From NCBI RefSeq assembly GCF_009914755.1, contig NC_060932.1: DNA of 64,000 nt; one strand, written 5' to 3'. Source of the stretch: the human T2T-CHM13v2.0 reference genome, Homo sapiens. Under the pieces are notes generated by a model. The model was given only the letters and a program-made list of their open reading frames with translations. It made no database searches and was not told where the DNA came from. This document shows positions 61,242 to 64,000 of this stretch, one piece after another. A program made the translations under genes and the position numbers. The first letter of the stretch is position 1; each line of letters begins with the position of its first letter.

Positions 61242-62406
61242 TTTGTAGACTGCAAAGTTGGTCAAAATTGTTGGACATCTGTTACCATGAGTATAGACAT
61301 TGCGGAATGTATTTTCTTCACTGACTTCAGGAGAGCTAGTAACTATCTGTTGATATTGTAGAGTGCTAGGAGATTCTCATTTATTTGAGGAACAAGATAT
61401 AATTTACAATCAGTTGGACATGAGCAATATAAGAGAGAATGTTAAAATTTTATAATTCCTCTGCATGGTTCCTTTTAAATATTGATAAGAAAGGCTTACA
61501 GTTCTAAGGAGAGGACCTATTTTGGCCTTCACTGATTTAATAAAATCACATGATTCCTTTTTTAGTGCTAAGTAAGACAACATGCCAAGAAGTGATAATT
61601 AACTGAACCACGAGATACAAAGGGAAAGAATAGACATTTGTTCTAATCAAGTGTTTCGCAAATCTAAACTGCGTGATGTCCACCAGGCAGGCATGATGTG
61701 TCTTGTTGAGTCTGCTAGAAGGAACAAGTTGTAGGTTAACTAGAGAATGTTGCAGCACCCACATCCTGAAAAACTACAAGTATTTTAAAGATTTTACTCT
61801 TTGTGGGAGTAGAATTTTAAAAAACCTTATTACGTAAGTACCAGTCATTAAAGCCTAAACATATCGTCTTGTGTTGTTTGGTGTTTTAAATCTGTGTTTG
61901 CGTGTATGCGTATGCACATGGTCTGTGTTATTCTCTGTGATGTTCCATTTTTCCTTTTTTGCTGGAGGGACTATCGTTCTAACCATTCTCTTAGAATGAT
62001 CTAAGAAAAGGAGACTTCCGTGACTCTCATTCTGTAAAGGAAGTCTCATTGTGTGGTTCTTAAAGTGACCAGTGTGTACCCAAGTTCCTTTAACTGGAAA
62101 TACGTGAAAGGCTTATTTTTATTAAACCTTCCTCAGGGAATTACTGCCACAAAGCATAAAACTGGTGTCTCCAGTATTCAGTATAATATTCACTCTCTAG
62201 TTCAGATTATAGAGGGAACCCAGACTCCTTTTTATTGGTTGAGTTAAATAAGCATTTTTTGGTACATCAGCTATAGGCCCTGTATTCACTGTTAAGAAGA
62301 GTAAAGAATATATTTCTTGTCCGTAAAGAGCTGAGTATATCTGGAGAGAGACAAGATTTATGTATATCTATTTAAGAGAACTTGGAGCATATGTAACTTA
62401 CAATAG

Positions 62407-62545
62407 AGCCAGGCATGGTGGCTCATGCCTTTAAGGCCAGAATATTGGGAGGCCAATGTGGGAGGATGGCTTGGGACTAGAAGTTCAAGACTAGCCTAGG
62501 CAACACAGTGAGACCTCCTTCTCTACAAAGCAAATAAATTAAAAT
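62407..62545 (+). mobile_element. Free left Alu monomer (FLAM-like), diverged
   Basis: agccaggcatggtggctcatgcc...gggaggatggcttg...ggcaacacagtgagacc..tctctacaaa followed by an A-rich tail; no right arm. Confidence 0.8.
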
Positions 62546-63589
62546 AGGCATTTTGACTCTTCACAAACAAAAGATAAGATCTGGAAGAGGCTGGATTGTT
62601 TGAGCTAATACCAGAGCAGGACAAACATATGTAAGGTGACCTTCTGAGCATTTGTGTCTTACTTCTAATCCATATGTTGGACAACTGGGTTGCAGACTGC
62701 AATTGTCCAACTAGCCTTGAAGGGCATACCTATGTTGGTCTTAGGATTTGAGTTTTTGTGATAACTTTGGCTATTTAGATATTTTTTTGAATTTTCACTT
62801 TCAGCATATCATATATGCAGATTGCTTGTTCCATGTAATTACGTACTTTCTCAAAGTAATGATTTTATATCACTGGCATTAACTCAAATTTTGCACTAAC
62901 CCAGGGTTTTGATAATTTATAGGTAGGTCCTAAAATAGTTTCCATAAACAAATCATGTTTTATGAAAAATAAGTCAGGTTTTCCTTCTTGGGAATTTAAA
63001 AACTATGCATGCTTCCTACATAGGACTTATGTTGCTAACATAGGACTGAAGAAACACCCTAAACAATGGCAGCCGTGAGAAGAGGTCAGCTTGATTTGGG
63101 GTTGTAGCTCACACCTGGCTCTGGATGAGTCAATGTTATCTTGACAGGATGTTTTCAGCAGACCCCTACATCCCTTGCCATAGCCAATTGTAAAGTGTTT
63201 GTTTCAGGAAATCATGCCCTACTACTAACAATCCCTTTCCAAAATATCTTTTAGTGTTTGGCATGCAGTTAGTATTGACTCAGAATCTAATAGGAAAATT
63301 GTAACTGACCCAGGCTGAGTCTCAAAGTGAACCTATGTGTATTACAGCATCATCCTCAGGTAAAAAGCTTACCTGAGGTGGATAGAAGCTTAAAACCTGA
63401 AGCTGGGAACTCCTTAAAGGGCTCTTAGCAACTCAGGAGGACAACTGGGGTTACCAACCTGGAGCAGAACCAACTTCTAGTCTCCACTCATGCCTGGTCT
63501 TTTAACACAGCTTTTCTTGGAGATGATTGCATTTCAAGTTCCTCCCACAGAGTTAGCATTTCTGTTGCTGGACATAAGCACATTTTCTC

Positions 63590-63770
63590 CTGTCTTAGCT
63601 GTGGAACCTTACACAAGTTACTTAACCCCATCTGTGCCTCATGTCTTTATGGACACAATGAGTACAATAATAACATCCTTTTGTTAGGATGGGAAGTGCA
63701 GTATAATCCTTAGAAAAGGCTAGGTATTAACGTTATCTATACCATGATCCCAGGAAGAAATGTTGTTGTG
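63590..63770 (+). mobile_element. MIR SINE
   Basis: tagctgtggaaccttacacaagttacttaaccccatctgtgcctca. Confidence 0.65.
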
Positions 63771-63904
63771 TGGTAACTGGCACTGGATTGCAAGCACATT
63801 CAATAAGGTTCCATTAATACAATAAATTAGGGCCTTCTCCAAAGTCCAGTCTGGGCTGTCAATCTTTAGACCCTGTAAGTGATAATATTGAATTCAAACT
63901 TGCA

Positions 63905-63992
63905 TTTATATTTTTATACAATAAATTATATAAAAATATATTTTTATAAATATATATGTATATATATAATATGTATATATAAATACATATTA
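63905..63992. repeat. (TA)-rich low-complexity tract
   Basis: Seen directly. Confidence 0.8.
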
Positions 63993-64000
63993 TTACAGTC

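Noticed and set aside
62407-62545. 7SL or BC200-type RNA gene
   Set aside because: A heavily diverged Alu monomer with no 7SL S-domain or BC200 unique 3' domain.

Overview
Hominoid (human or great ape) non-genic, repeat-rich DNA, either intergenic or deep intronic. I could not recognise any intact host protein-coding gene, tRNA, rRNA or CRISPR array. The dominant feature is a full-length (~6.0 kb) minus-strand young non-Ta LINE-1 (L1PA2/L1PA3-like, ~5751-11782). Its ORF1 and ORF2 are frameshifted, although an 847-aa RT/C-terminal frame stays open. It is flanked by a 15-bp target-site duplication that also encloses a ~130-bp extra segment with its own AATAAA and poly(A), which looks like an L1 3' transduction. 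The rest is layered older repeats: L1MC/L1ME fragments (one possibly 5'-inverted), eight near-full-length Alus and two FLAM-like monomers (most with readable TSDs), MIRs, L2, L3/CR1, MLT1 and LTR16 LTRs, MADE2, MER20 and microsatellites. Two CpG-rich stretches (~1.5-2.0 kb and ~46-47.6 kb) are candidate promoters/enhancers, and a coding-like relic at ~33.4-33.75 kb is unexplained. Subfamily names come from recalled consensus sequences and need RepeatMasker/Dfam confirmation. I see no convincing new biological system; the best leads are the 3' transduction, a perfect palindromic 26-bp tandem repeat and the coding-like relic.
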